A DNA stretch of 64,000 nt from NCBI GenBank assembly GCA_038087875.1, contig CM075998.1, positions 2,108,001-2,172,000 of the forward strand, in the 5' to 3' direction. The translations under genes and the position numbers were made by a program. The notes beneath the pieces are model-generated. The model had not been told where the DNA came from and made no database searches. It saw nothing but the letters and a program-made list of their open reading frames with translations. The first letter of the stretch is position 1. Each line of letters starts with the position of its first letter. Shown piece by piece: positions 35,020 to 47,051 of this stretch. Origin of the DNA: Malacoraja senta (lineage: Eukaryota).

Positions 35020-35540
35020 ATTTTGGGATGTGGGCATCACTGGTAAGGCCAGCATTTATTGCCTATCCCTAATTAGATTTCACGAGTAATTTGCTGAGCC
35101 ATTATAGATCCCAGTAAAGAATCAAGCACATTAGTGGATCTGGGTTGCATATACTTTAGAATGGATAAATCAGCAGATTCCCTTCTCTTAAAGCCTTGAG
35201 TAAACCAGATGACATTTTAATGAAGAAGGGTCTGAAGAAAGGTCCTGACCTGAAACGTCACTTATTCATGTTCTCCAGAGATGGTGCCTGACCGACTAGT
35301 TAGTCCAGCACTTTGTGTCTTTAAAAAAAATTAAACTGGCATCTACAGTTCCTTGTTTCTACATCTCAAAAGTGTAATGACAATGTGTTAGTGTTATGAT
35401 TGCTGAGATTCGCCCTTCATTCCAGATGTATTTCTAACTACATTAAAGTCTCCAGTTGCCGTGCCATGCTTTGAATTCAATGCCACCACATAGTTCTTAG
35501 TTTTCTGGTTACTAGTCCAGTAACCAAACTGCTGGCTACA
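35020..35540 (-). mobile_element. Meta-type SINE interrupted by a Penelope-derived element (35221-35365)
   Basis: gggatgtgggcatcactggtaaggccagcatttattgcctatccctaatt...cagattcccttctcttaaag..taaaccagatg resumes after the insert. Another copy lies at 35985-36260. Confidence 0.6.
35228..35263 (+). ncRNA. Minimal type I hammerhead ribozyme motif
   Basis: GGGU-CUGAAGA-A-AGGU-CCUG-ACCU-GAAA-CGUC^ACUU: full core, helix II, palindromic ACGU helix III and a 4-bp helix I. Confidence 0.65.
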
Positions 35541-36754
35541 TGAAGCTGACAGCTTCTTGCTTTGAAATAATTTTTAAACATCCTCGGGGGTGTCAGAAAG
35601 GACTTTACAATTAGTTAATTAATTACATTTGAAATGCTCTCGCTGTTGCAATTATAACCAAACAGCTGTGTCCCTGAGGCTTCCAGAATTCTGCTGCTGA
35701 AGCTACAGTGGATGGTCAAGAGAGCCTTGTCAGAAATTCCAAATGATTAAGGACTGCTGCTGGAAAAATATATTATTTATATCACCATGTTGCAGGTTTG
35801 GTATCGCATTTCAGGCATTCTATCGACACGTAGGCAAATTTGTAATTATAAAAAAGAGCAAAATAACAATTGAACGGGCAGATGTAAATTACAAATGAGT
35901 TCCTTCATTGAACCTGTAACTTCCCAGAACTACTGTGGGCACATTTTTGGTACGCATCTTCTTGAAAGATGGGTGATAAATGGTGGTCATCGTTGGCAAG
36001 GCCAGTATTTATTACTCGCCTCATTTCCCTTGAAATGGGTGTATTGTTGGCCATTAAGAGCCGAGCCCATTGTTGTGTGTCTGGAATCAACTATTGGCCA
36101 GACTAGATGGATGGGGCAGATTTCCTTCCCTCAGGACATTAGTGAAGCAGATGAGTTATTGGAAGTTTCCTGGTCACCAGTATTGATGCAAGCCTTTTAT
36201 TCCAGATTTATTTGATTAATTGGCCACCTGAATCTGATCTAGTAACTTAACAAACAATAGCATCATACCATAGAAAGAAAGGAGACAAACCAACTAATGA
36301 ATATATAACTATCCTATAGTTTCTGCATTGCTCTGTAATTTCCTCTGCATATTTGGCCTTTCACATCTCTACCATTCATCGGTGACCTATAAGAGTACAC
36401 TCAGCAATGTTTGGCTCTAACCAAACAGATTCTATATTTGATCCCTTTTCATATACTGTCTCCATCACTCTCTTTAATTAATACTGCTACCCCTCCTCCT
36501 TTCTTATCCTTATCCTTCTTAAACACTGAAACCATGAATACTTCATGCAAATTCCCTCACAGTCCCATTTCATCAAGAAGATGAATCCTTTCTTCTTGCA
36601 TCATCTCTCCAGCTACACATTGATCTGTTCTATCCTCTTATTTCCATTGGAAATTACTCCCTTTGAGGTCCTGCTTTGTAACCCCTGTCCTAGCTACCTC
36701 ATGTGCTCAAATATAAGTTTCTCAAATGTAGAGGAGGCTACATTATGAACAGTA

Positions 36755-37010
36755 ACGATACATTGGAGAAACCAAACACTGACTGGGTGATCACTTTGCA
36801 GAGCACCTGGACTTGGGCCACAAAGTGGTCCTGAGCTCCCTGTTGCATGCCACTTTAATTCTCAATCCCACTCTCATTCTGCCCTGTCTGTCTGTGGTTT
36901 CCTCCACTGCTGTAGTGAGGCCCAATATAAATTGGAGGCAAATATCTTATCTTCCATCTTGTGCCTTTGCAACTTTCTGGAATGAGCATCAAATTCTCCA
37001 ACTTCAGGGA
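36755..37010 (+). mobile_element. Penelope GIY-YIG remnant
   Basis: YIGETKH*LGDHFAEHL...PELPVACHFNSQSHSHSALSVCGFLHCCSEAQYKLE...GMSIKFSNFR. Confidence 0.8.
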
Positions 37011-37389
37011 AACTGCTCTCTCATCATTTTCCATTCCCATGCTTATGTTCCTTTCTCATCTCCAACATTATTACCTGGTGTCATGTTGACAACCACAGAT
37101 ATGCCTGTTGCCCCTCTAACAATTGAATCCCTAATCACAATTTCTCCCTCTGGTTTCTTCTTCCCTTCCTGTACAACTGAGCTGTTCATAGTGCCAAGTT
37201 CCTAACTCTGCACTCTCTCATCACCATCACCAGTATCGAAAAAGATACAACATATTTTTCATGCCCAAACTTCATAAATATGTGAACAAATAGAAAGGTA
37301 ATAAATAAAGTGTTTTTTCATGCAAAGAGAGGTTGTGCAGACTTGAATAGTTTTCCAAGCAATGCTGGAGGTTGCGGGGAGAACGGATG

Positions 37390-37750
37390 GAAGTGTATAA
37401 AATTATGAGTAGCATAGATAGCGAAGGCAGACTGAACTTTCTTCCCCCAGGGTGGAAAAATCAATACTTTATGGTGCAGCTTTAATGTGAGAGGGGCAAA
37501 TTATGAAGGAGTTGTGCAGGGCAAGTACATTTTTCACACAGGTGGTGAGTGCCTGGAACATGTTGCCAGGGGTGGTGGTTGAGGCAGATTTGTGGCATTT
37601 AAGAGACTTTCCGATAGGCATATGGATATGCAGGGAATGGAGAGATGTGGATTATGTGCAGGCAGATAAGATTTGGTCTTTCATTATGTTTGGCACAGGC
37701 ATAGTGGGCCAGAGGGCCTGTTCTTGAGCCATACCGCTCTATGTTCTAAT
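37390..37750 (+). mobile_element. CR1 3' end
   Basis: EVYKIMSSID..FFTQVVSAWNMLPGVVVEAD plus tail gtgggccagagggcctgttc. Confidence 0.8.
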
Positions 37751-38199
37751 CCTGGATTTGAGTGATGGATGTTTGCAGAACAACCTATATGGCAGTTGAT
37801 TGATATAGAGGTCATTCCACATCAATCCTGGAGCCAGATTAGTGTTGCATATTGTCCATTTCCCAGTCAATCGTCTCCTGATCTTAATACAATTATTTCT
37901 CTCTTTGAATCTCTGGCTGGGCGATAATATTTTAAATGTACAGGTTGGAACTGCAGATGCTATTTTAAACTGAAGATAGACACAAAATGCTGGAGTAACT
38001 CAGCAGGTCAGACAGCTTCCCCGGAGAATAGGAATAGGTGCCGTTTTTAATATATTTTAAATATTGACCGTGAATGATTCCGTATTGATGGACGTATAAA
38101 GGAAAAAAAAAGAGATTTTGGACTTTCGGTTCCAGGTCAGTTGGTAACAATGTGTTTCTTGCGTTGAAACAAGATCCAATGTGGTGTCTTTCAGGGGTT

Positions 38200-38870
38200 C
38201 AATGATTGGCGTTGGTTCCCATAATTATCCTTGTTTCCGCAATCTGCTCGCTGCCCTTGTTCCCGGAATGAATGGATGCGGCGGCGTTCGACCGTGTGGC
38301 CTGGCGCTGCTATGAATCGGTTTTTGGTCTCTCCGCTCGCTGCCCTGGCGCTCGGAAGTTATGGCGGAAGTTGTTCGCTGACTGGAATTCAATCGCTCGA
38401 AGCTGAGCGGAGGGAATGCTGCTCTACCCGTAAACGCTAATTCCTGAGGTAAAAACGGTGTGTTAATCCGTCAGAAAGGCGATGTTTCCTTCCTAAAGCC
38501 GGCGGCCCATAAAATGTCGGCGTGCGTCGCGCTGTCAAGCGAACGAACCTGGGGCCTAAGGTTTATTCCACTATTATCTCTTCGAGGGAGCGAGGGATGA
38601 TTCCATTTGGATGTGAACCTGCTCTCATAACAAATCCGGTTACCTTGTTTGCATTGGATTCTCTGTTTGCTTAAAAAACTGAAGTGCAATTTAAAATTGG
38701 TTTTGGAGGCATTTGTCTGCTTTTCTTAGTCAACCGCACCTGCTACCGGAGGTCCCGCCTTTCCTTTGTGGTCATTGGCGCCTCTGGGGAATGTTCGCTC
38801 AGTGGTTGCACGGCGGAGCTGTCAGTTCTTGGAATAGGGGCGGGATGTCTGGCGCAATTAGTGTGAGTTT
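38200..38870 (+). promoter_or_regulatory. CpG-island promoter of an unidentified downstream gene, with two candidate first exons
   Basis: Tandem ETS/GABP sites CGGAAGT (38353, 38365) around a YY1-like ATGGCGG, ATTGG boxes and GC box GGGGCGGGA (38837). Donors GAG|GTAAAA (38449) and AGT|GTGAGT (38863). Confidence 0.75.
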
Positions 38871-40064
38871 ACAATGGGTTCATAATAAAAGGAATGTGTG
38901 TCTAATTTAGTTGAAAGTGTGGTTCTGTTGTGGTGGGATTATAGGTTTTGTAGCAAGCTAATTTCCCCCTTTCTCCCTCGAGGAATCCGATGATGGCCCA
39001 TAATGGCTCTGAGACCTGTAGCTATTGAGTGCTGCAGGTGTGTTGTCAGTCATGAAGATCTCCCTCAGAAGTTAAAATCAGCTGCAATGCACGGCGTTTT
39101 ATCCACGGCCATTATTCAAGATTGATATCAGATCCATTTGGAAAGATTATTTTGATGATTCACGTATGTATTGTATTTCTCCCCCGTTGCTCAGTTGTCC
39201 AGAGTGAGGCCTTTTGTGTAACAGCAAACCCTCGCCTGTTCGCAAAACAACCATTGTTGAACGGGATCAAAGTTTTACACGGTGAAGGTTCCGAAATCAA
39301 GATCTAAATACGGTATTGTTAAGAAGATCAACACATCTTTGGAAGTCTGATGTATTGATCACACAAATGTAATGGGTGAATTCACTTAGTCTAGAAGGCA
39401 TTTCCGAATAAATTGAGTGAAGGTGAAACTCGTATTGCAATTGAATGAAACAATAAAGTACTGTCCAAAATTTGTATGCGGTTTCAGTAATTGATTGCTA
39501 AAATATAGTGTTTAAACACAAATAATGGAATGTGGCATGTTAGCCCATTGATCATTATTTTAATTAAGTTTCAAGTTTAATTACTGTTATTTTTACAGGT
39601 AATAGTATAAGAGAACAAGAATAAGGATTAAAAGTTCTGTCCATTCTTATGATATTGACATCTAAATTATAGCAACTATCATTGGGTGCGTTTGCATTGA
39701 TATGTATCCACATCATAAGTGGCTTATATTTTGAAGTGTTTAGAAATTCTTTCTTTCACCACACATTATTTCAGTTGTGAGAATGAGATTTATTTATTTT
39801 AAAATTTTCTAAAAAATGTCCGTTACGTCTCTATCATTTCACATGTCTTAAGGCAGGTGCCAAAATTGCCTCCAGATTCTGCCAATGTCAATATATAACT
39901 TACTTAGGCGATGTGATAAAGACCTGAGTTTGATTTTACTTTTGTTAAGTTACTTTTCCACGTCTGTGTCTCCAGCCAATGCAATTCACCTTCAGTTACC
40001 TGACTTAGATCAGATATGACAAATGTCAGTGGTGAAAGTGGCACAACCAGCAAGTTTGCATACT

Positions 40065-40310
40065 GGCAGAACAGTGCAGCTCGTAGAGTCACTGCTACGC
40101 AGCGCCAGAGACCCAGGTTCAATCCTGACCTTGGGCTCTGTCTGTGTGGCGTTTACACGTTCTCTCTGTGACTGCTTGGGTTTTTCCCCTGGAGCTCTGG
40201 TTTCATCCCACATCACAAAGATGTGCAGATTGCCAGGCTAATTAGCCTCTGTAAATTACCCCAAGCTTGTCGGGGGAGTGACAGAACCTGGGAATAACTG
40301 ATGGGAATAT
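40065..40310 (+). mobile_element. HE1/V-type tRNA-derived SINE
   Basis: tRNA-like head (B box ggttcaatcc) plus V-domain cgttctctctgtgactgcttgggtttt...ggtttcatcccaca. Confidence 0.8.
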
Positions 40311-43190
40311 GGGGAAATTTTGAATTAAACATTACAGCACAGGAATGGGCCCCAAGTTAATAATGATAAGTTAAACTAGTCTCATTTGCCTGCACATAAT
40401 CCATATCCTTCCATTCACTGCATATCCATGTGCGTATCAAAAAGATTATTGAATGGCACTGTTGTATCCACTTCCATTACCACCCCTGGCAGCACATTTA
40501 AGGCACCCACCTTGCCCTGCACATCTTTTAAACTTTTCCTCTCTTCCCTTAACGCTAAAATACACTTCTGGTGGGATCAGAAATGCATTTTCTGCTGGCA
40601 AACACAGCAAAGCTATTAAATGGAACTAGGTGTCTTGTTCTTTTGAGTGGCTGCTATAAATTTGAACATAAATTGCAAAGTTTTACTAAGCTTACAGTAT
40701 TCTACGGATGAAAGCAGCAATTAGCAATAGCATTGTTTCATGCCCTTAGAAGCGACATACTGCAGTGTTATGTAACTTACGATAATTTCCCAAGATGGCA
40801 ACTTGTGGATTGCTGGGTTAAATTCTCTACAGCAGCTTGTGTTGGTATGTTGTGTCACGCTAAGATCTTTGATGATATCAGTGCTGAAAATGTCACTAAT
40901 ATTTGGAGTTACTGTTGTTGTACGAATGTTTTCATATTCCTGAAATATTTTGCTGCTTTGAAAAGCATATTCACTGTATTCTGAACTCTGAACAGTTTGC
41001 CTAGTGGTGGGGATGAAAGTAAATGATGATTGAAGTTGGCAGGAGTGGGAAAGATTTTTCACAGTGGTGGTTATAGCGGATTTCCATTTGGTTAAGATCA
41101 AGGACTGATGACCAGTTTATATTAGCATTCAATCAGTTAGTTCTGGGTAATGGGCATCTCTATTCTGTGCAGGAGCAGCAATTTGATGACCATCTACCAC
41201 ATTGTATTCCTGTTGCCAAGGAACACGGCACTGCATTTCAACTAAGTCTAGACTTACGGGGGGGGGCGGGCTGTGTGCATATGATTATAAATGCTGATGT
41301 AAGACTGAAAGGTGTATAGTCTGCTTTTGTAAATACCTTGGTGTTTGTGCTGCCTGGAACAAAAACTAACTGCTTAACTATCTTTTATTTTCCTTGTCTT
41401 CTAACTAGTTCTGTTTGTTCCTATCATTCTGATTTTTAGATATATATATAAATCTGTAAGTCAAACCAATATTCCATTGTGCGTGCAGTTGAAACCATGT
41501 ACATTCATTAGGTGGAGAGAATAGTGGAGTGAATTGTAATTTGACCATGGTGTGCAGGTGTGATTTCCTATTCACTTTTAAAAGTTATTCATTCTTACTG
41601 ACATTCCCTCATTTGGATAAACTTGTCGCATTGAAGGTATGCATTTCTGCCAGTGTTACACTGGAATGCCGCCATTGGTGATGAGATGGAATTGCATTGT
41701 GATGCTTACATCAAAAATTTCCATTTTGTCAATTTAACCATAGAAATTTTTAATGGAAAAGATCAACATGACGTGCACTGATATGATTTTTAGTCTTTCC
41801 ATTAAAATCAAATTTTTGCCCATGAAAGAGGTTCAATGTATTAAAAATGCTGATGTAATAGTAAAATTACATTATTAATGTTGTGAAGTCGTTACCGAAA
41901 ATAGTAATTGATAATTTCCATGTTTGTTCTATGGTATTTGTTTTACTTTAATTGTCTAATACATTGCCATTTCCACTCAAATACCCATCCAGCAGAGGTT
42001 CTGCAAATCCCTGGAGTCTTCCCCTTTCATCTTCCCTGTATTTCCCCCTTCGCTCTCCCTATTGTACTTGAGTTTGAACAATATATTTATGTACAGTATT
42101 ATCTGATCTGTTTGGATAGCATGCAAAACAAAGCCATTCACGTACCTCGGTGCACGTAACAATAATAAACCTAAAGTTTTGTCCCCGTCTTGCCTTAAGC
42201 GCCTGCCCCGTGGGCCGTGCGTTCAGCCTCGCCTTCCAGCCGCCTCAAGCACATGCCTGCCCACCGTCTCGCCTGTCTGCTGTCTCGCCCTCTTGCCCAG
42301 CTGATACCCCTCTTGCCCGGCTAGTGCCGCTGGCTCATGCCCACTCGTGCCTGTGGTGCCTCACCTGCATACCCATTCTCCACCCCCACCCCTTCCCCGA
42401 GTCAAGATCTCTTGCTCGTGTGATGTACTCTCTCGCCTGATGTCTGTCTGTCTCTATCTATCACTTAATGTCTCTTTCTCTTTGCTGTTTACATCGCTCG
42501 TGCTTCTATCATTTTCTGTATTTGTATATTTTTTTCGTTTCTTTGCTTTTTATAATCAAAGCCAGTTCTCCAGATTGTCTGGGTGGAAGACTGTTGTGAT
42601 ATTCACAGTTGCCCCAAAAAACCAACACCTTCAATGTGCCATCTGGATGACTCCATCCGAGTGAAATTTGATCAAACCATATCATTCCAATAGAGCAAAG
42701 CACTTGCCTTGCACTCCCACTCCAAAGAATTCAAATAGACAAAACATTCCCTATTCATTATCTTTGTATAGATCTCCTTCCTGATCTATGCATAAAATAT
42801 TCCTTCCCAACAATGCCTCCATCTGTCCCCTCCCCCAAACTGTCACTCGACCTATTTTTCTGATTCCGAAAACTCTGTACTGCTGCACTTTACCCGAATC
42901 AACAACGGCATGTGTGGAAGCTTAGTCAGTTTTGGTGTCGAAGATTGCTTTTGTGTGATATTTTTGTTTGACTTGTTCAATAAATAAAAAATAAGCTGTA
43001 CAGCAGAGTTGCATTATTATCCTTATTTTATCTGGAATTTCTGATCAAAATGTAACATTTTTCAAACTGGTCATATGCTAAAGGATTTGTTTTGTAACAA
43101 GGATATTTAATTCCATGCATACTTCCTTTTAAGCTGTTTTTGTTTTTCAACAACGTTGTGCTATCTGTATGGCTAAGCAGGGAACTTAAA

Positions 43191-43491
43191 TTTAGTTTAA
43201 TTTAGAGATACAGTGTGGAAACAGGCCCTTCGGGTCCGTGCCGACCAGCGATCCCCATGCATTAACACTATCATACACCCACGAGGGACAATTTTTACAT
43301 TTACCAAGCCAATCAACCTACAAATCTGTACGTCTTGAGTGTGGGAGGAAACCGAAGATCTCAGAGGAAATCCACGCAGGTCACGGGGAGAACGTACAAA
43401 CTGTACAGACGGCACCCGTAGTCGGGATCGAACCCGGGTCTCTGGTGCTGCATTTGCTGTAAGGCAGCAACTCTACCGCTGTGCCACAGTG
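43191..43491 (-). mobile_element. Full-length HE1/V-type SINE
   Basis: Minus strand: gtggcacagcggtagag (A box), ggttcgatccc (B box), V-domain, and CR1-shared tail gggcctgtttccacactgtatctctaaattaaactaaa. Older copies lie at 48190-48470 and 56290-56540. Confidence 0.9.
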
Positions 43492-43524
43492 AATGAACCT
43501 ATAAGTTCACTAACAACATCTAAC

Positions 43525-44830
43525 TTGTATTTGTGGAGGCGTTTAACATAATAGAATGCTGCAAAGTGCTTCTCAAAGGGGCAAATAGATTAGAAATGGA
43601 AAGCTGAGCCAAAGAGTCTGACTAAAGTATTGGGAGGAGGAATCAAATGTCTTGAATGGGAGGAGTCGTGAGGACTTAGGAAGAAAATTGCAGAGTGCAG
43701 TGCCAATACAGTTGAAGGCAGAAGTGGAAGTCTTGGTGATGGACAAGATGCAGTTGAAAACTCAATTGACTTGAATAGTATCCTGAGGTTGCAACCCAAG
43801 ATTGTGACCAGGAGATGGCTGATAGTTGCTGTCAAGGGAATAGCATTTATGTTGACAGAAATTGTAACCATGGCTTTGGTCTTTTCGATATTTAACTGTA
43901 GGCAATTGAGGTATTTTCAAAACTTACTCAGAAGATGTTGGTAAGAGACAACAATGTCGATAGAGCAGGTCAAGGGGGTAAGGGGAAAACAAGAACAAAT
44001 GACAAAGCATAAGTGGCAAGAGAAGTCTTGGCTAACATGATCTGACTGATTTCATGGACAAGAGTAGAAACCAGTGAGAGAATTCCCAATAATCTGCATC
44101 GTAGAAGAGAGGGCTTGGAAATGCATGGGACAGTCAAGCTTTGATAGGAAATGTACACCCTTTGTGATATGGGGTACTGTTTGAGACTGATTGCAGCTAT
44201 TTCAGCATTTTGGAATCTTATTGGAGAAACACCGGCATAGATTTTTTTTGGGGAAAGGCAGACATGTATTCAGGAGATGACGTATTTGGTCTTTGGATAG
44301 GAAAAAGAGGTTGGTTGTCAGGTGGATGTTTATGAAAGAGGAAATGGAGGATAGGCTTGTTGGTGGGAATGATGAGACTGGCTGTGAATGGGATGCGGTG
44401 CAGTACCTGAAACAAGGGGAATCATTTGTGTTAATGGTTAGAATGGGGCCAGAAAAGAAAGGTGAGCACCTGGTAGTTTAATTAAAGAGAGATATGATTC
44501 TTGTACAATATTTGGAGAGTTGGAAGGGAAGCACAAACGTGGATACAGGAAGAGAGCAAGGACAAGACCGATTAGAAGAACATTTGACAGTTTGCAGTGG
44601 ATAACTGGATTTGTAGTGAGATAACCGAAGTGATGGTCTCGGTGTTGGTGATTTAGAAAAAAATGTATGGAGTTTCGTGAGCAGGTTTGGGAAGGGAGCA
44701 AGTTATTTTAGGAAATTATTGGTTATGTAGAAAAGACCTCCCTCCAAGATGCTGGGTTGTATTGGATTGTTTTGGTAGAGGGCATGTGGTTGGAAAGGGT
44801 ATTTAAGTAGCGAGTGCGAAAAGGAAGTTC
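43525..44830 (-). mobile_element. Old L2-type LINE remnant (antisense; purine-rich plus strand)
   Basis: Strong G/A skew over 1.3 kb and an L2-like 3' end near 43530-43700. Confidence 0.5.
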
Positions 44831-45270
44831 TCAGAAGTGAACGATGCGAGTTCTTTGAAGTGAAGTCTGTTGGGTCACCAGCCTGAAATGTTCATTTTTT
44901 TCTTTCCACAAATGCTGCCTAACCTGCTGAGTATTTCCAAGGTTTTCTGGTGTTTTAACACATTTCCAGAATTTATTTTTGGTTTATATTGATATTGGAC
45001 AGAAGCAACAAATGATATTAGCACAGGGGATGGACTGGTCTTGTCAATTGGACCCAAATAGAATGAAGTGAAGTTAGCAGATCGATACAGCTCTCTGGTG
45101 AATCTCACTAAAAATTCTCACGAAAGACCTTCCCCTGGTCAGTGTGGTTCGAAGAGTAAAGTTCAGGAAGTCTGGACCTTGCTGATGCTAACTTACAAAG
45201 ATTTGGTTCTTGTTCTTGGCTGATTGGTGAGATTCCTTTGTTTTTGCACAACGCAAGGATGGTGGTAACA

Positions 45271-45371
45271 TGTAGGATGAAGGATCTGGACCCGAAACGT
45301 CATCTATTTCTTTTCTCCAGAGATGCTGTCTGACCCGCTGAGTTACTCCAGCTTTTTGTGTCTATGTTCGG
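45271..45371 (+). mobile_element. Penelope-derived short element with 11-bp TSD
   Basis: TGGTGGTAACA at 45260-45270 and 45372-45382; gacccGAAAcgtc is retained but the CUGA is lost. Confidence 0.75.
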
Positions 45372-46907
45372 TGGTGGTAACACGCTTAGCTTTAAAAAAC
45401 CCTTGTGAGCCACTAAAAGTCTCAATGTTTCCTGAAATCAAGGCCTGTGTTATGAATTCTGAAGATGGTTTCTGACGAGGGAAAGAACAGCACTATATAT
45501 TCTGTTGTGCTGAAGCAAAGCAAGAATTTCATTGTCCTATCTGGGACACATGACAATAAACTCCCTTGACTTGACTCTTGACTCTATTAGAAACTGGCAC
45601 CATCGCTTTCTTGGCCAGCAAATGAGCTGTTTCTGCTTGGAGGTTTTTACTATTTACTAATATAATTTTCCCTTTTGATCTGTTCACCAGAGAGTAAGAG
45701 GAATTGTACCATGGCTTGGAGAACCTATACTGGGAACAGGATATAGTCAGTAGCAGGCAGGCACAGTGACCGAGAAAGCTGACTGAGTTTTCCGGATCAC
45801 TAGAAGCGAAACACAGACACCCTTGAGTCCCCTCCTGATATTTCTTTCTGAGATTTAAAAAAAATGATGCAGGATCCTTGACAGAACTATTAGCTGTACA
45901 GTTGTGTATGGTTAGCAATTCCTTTTAAAGTTTGCCAGCTGGAGCACCTATTTTCACAAAAGCATGCAAAACTACTTGTAAAAATACACTTATCCAAATC
46001 CTCTCTATGGTGTAAAAAAGTCTTGCAATGAAAAACAGAACATCTCTCAAATTATGTAGCTCCTGAATTCATTTTCTTTAACCTCAATTGTTCTTTGGTT
46101 GCACTATGCTCAAAATTAATTTTATGAAACACACACGAGAACCTGAAAAAAATGGCTTGTGGGAAACCCTGGAATCTTTTGAGGGAATATTAGCATTGAG
46201 ACGTCTCAACAAATATTTACTGTTACCACCACTCCATGTGAATTACTGCAGTGGGGAAAAACATGAAAGTTGTTGCACCTTCCTCCTTTCTGTGACAATT
46301 TCTCCATGATCCCACCCATGTGAATGGCAGCATCTCGGCTATTTTCCTTCAATTCCTAGGCATCATTAGCTCGGTATAGAGCAATGGAAGTACCAGATTT
46401 GCGATGTGAGGGTTTGGGGCAAAGCTCAATTGTTAAATCTTGGTATTGCACAATTCACAGGTGTTGCACATTATTTCTGGTGCTGTGGACTGAGGGCATC
46501 AAGCACAATCTATGATATTCAGCAACACAGCAAAATAAAGACAAATTAATTACCACACAAAAGAAATGGAAGTGGATGCCTGGCTTTGACTTTTTCTACT
46601 CTTTCTGAGACAGTGAACATTTTGTAACCTTGACTCGCAGTTTCCCTCCAAAAAATGATAAAATTGCAGCATTGTTTGATATGATGTAGAAAAGGTACTT
46701 TCATCTCATTGGGTGAAGCAGCACAGTTACATTTGCATTGAAAAAAATTCATAGATCAATTTATTGGATTATTGCTCCTTTTAACACAATATGCTTTGTT
46801 GTGAAGCTTGTGTTGTGTTACTGACACATAATATTCCAATCTGTCCAGCTATAATAATTTTAATCGTTATTTTTTGTGTTACTTTTTGTGCTTTTTGCCT
46901 CTTTCAG

Positions 46908-47051
46908 TACTCTTCTGGTCTTATCTGCACCCCATGATTTTAAAATGGCTGCTGAAATTCTTGAGAGAAAGTATTGAGGCAGATCGATCTAATGGAAAGT
47001 TAACGGCTCAGTCCAGCGGCGCTTGCTTTCTGAATTAGTATTTGCTTTGAG
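46908..47051 (+). other. Probable 5'-UTR exon (144 nt) of the downstream gene, with uORFs
   Basis: Long pyrimidine tract plus tttCAG and donor GAG|GTATGT. Three ATGs, each closed by a stop inside the exon. Confidence 0.5.

Noticed and set aside
40065-40135. tRNA gene
   Set aside because: tRNA-like A/B boxes continue directly into SINE body sequence; no complete cloverleaf.
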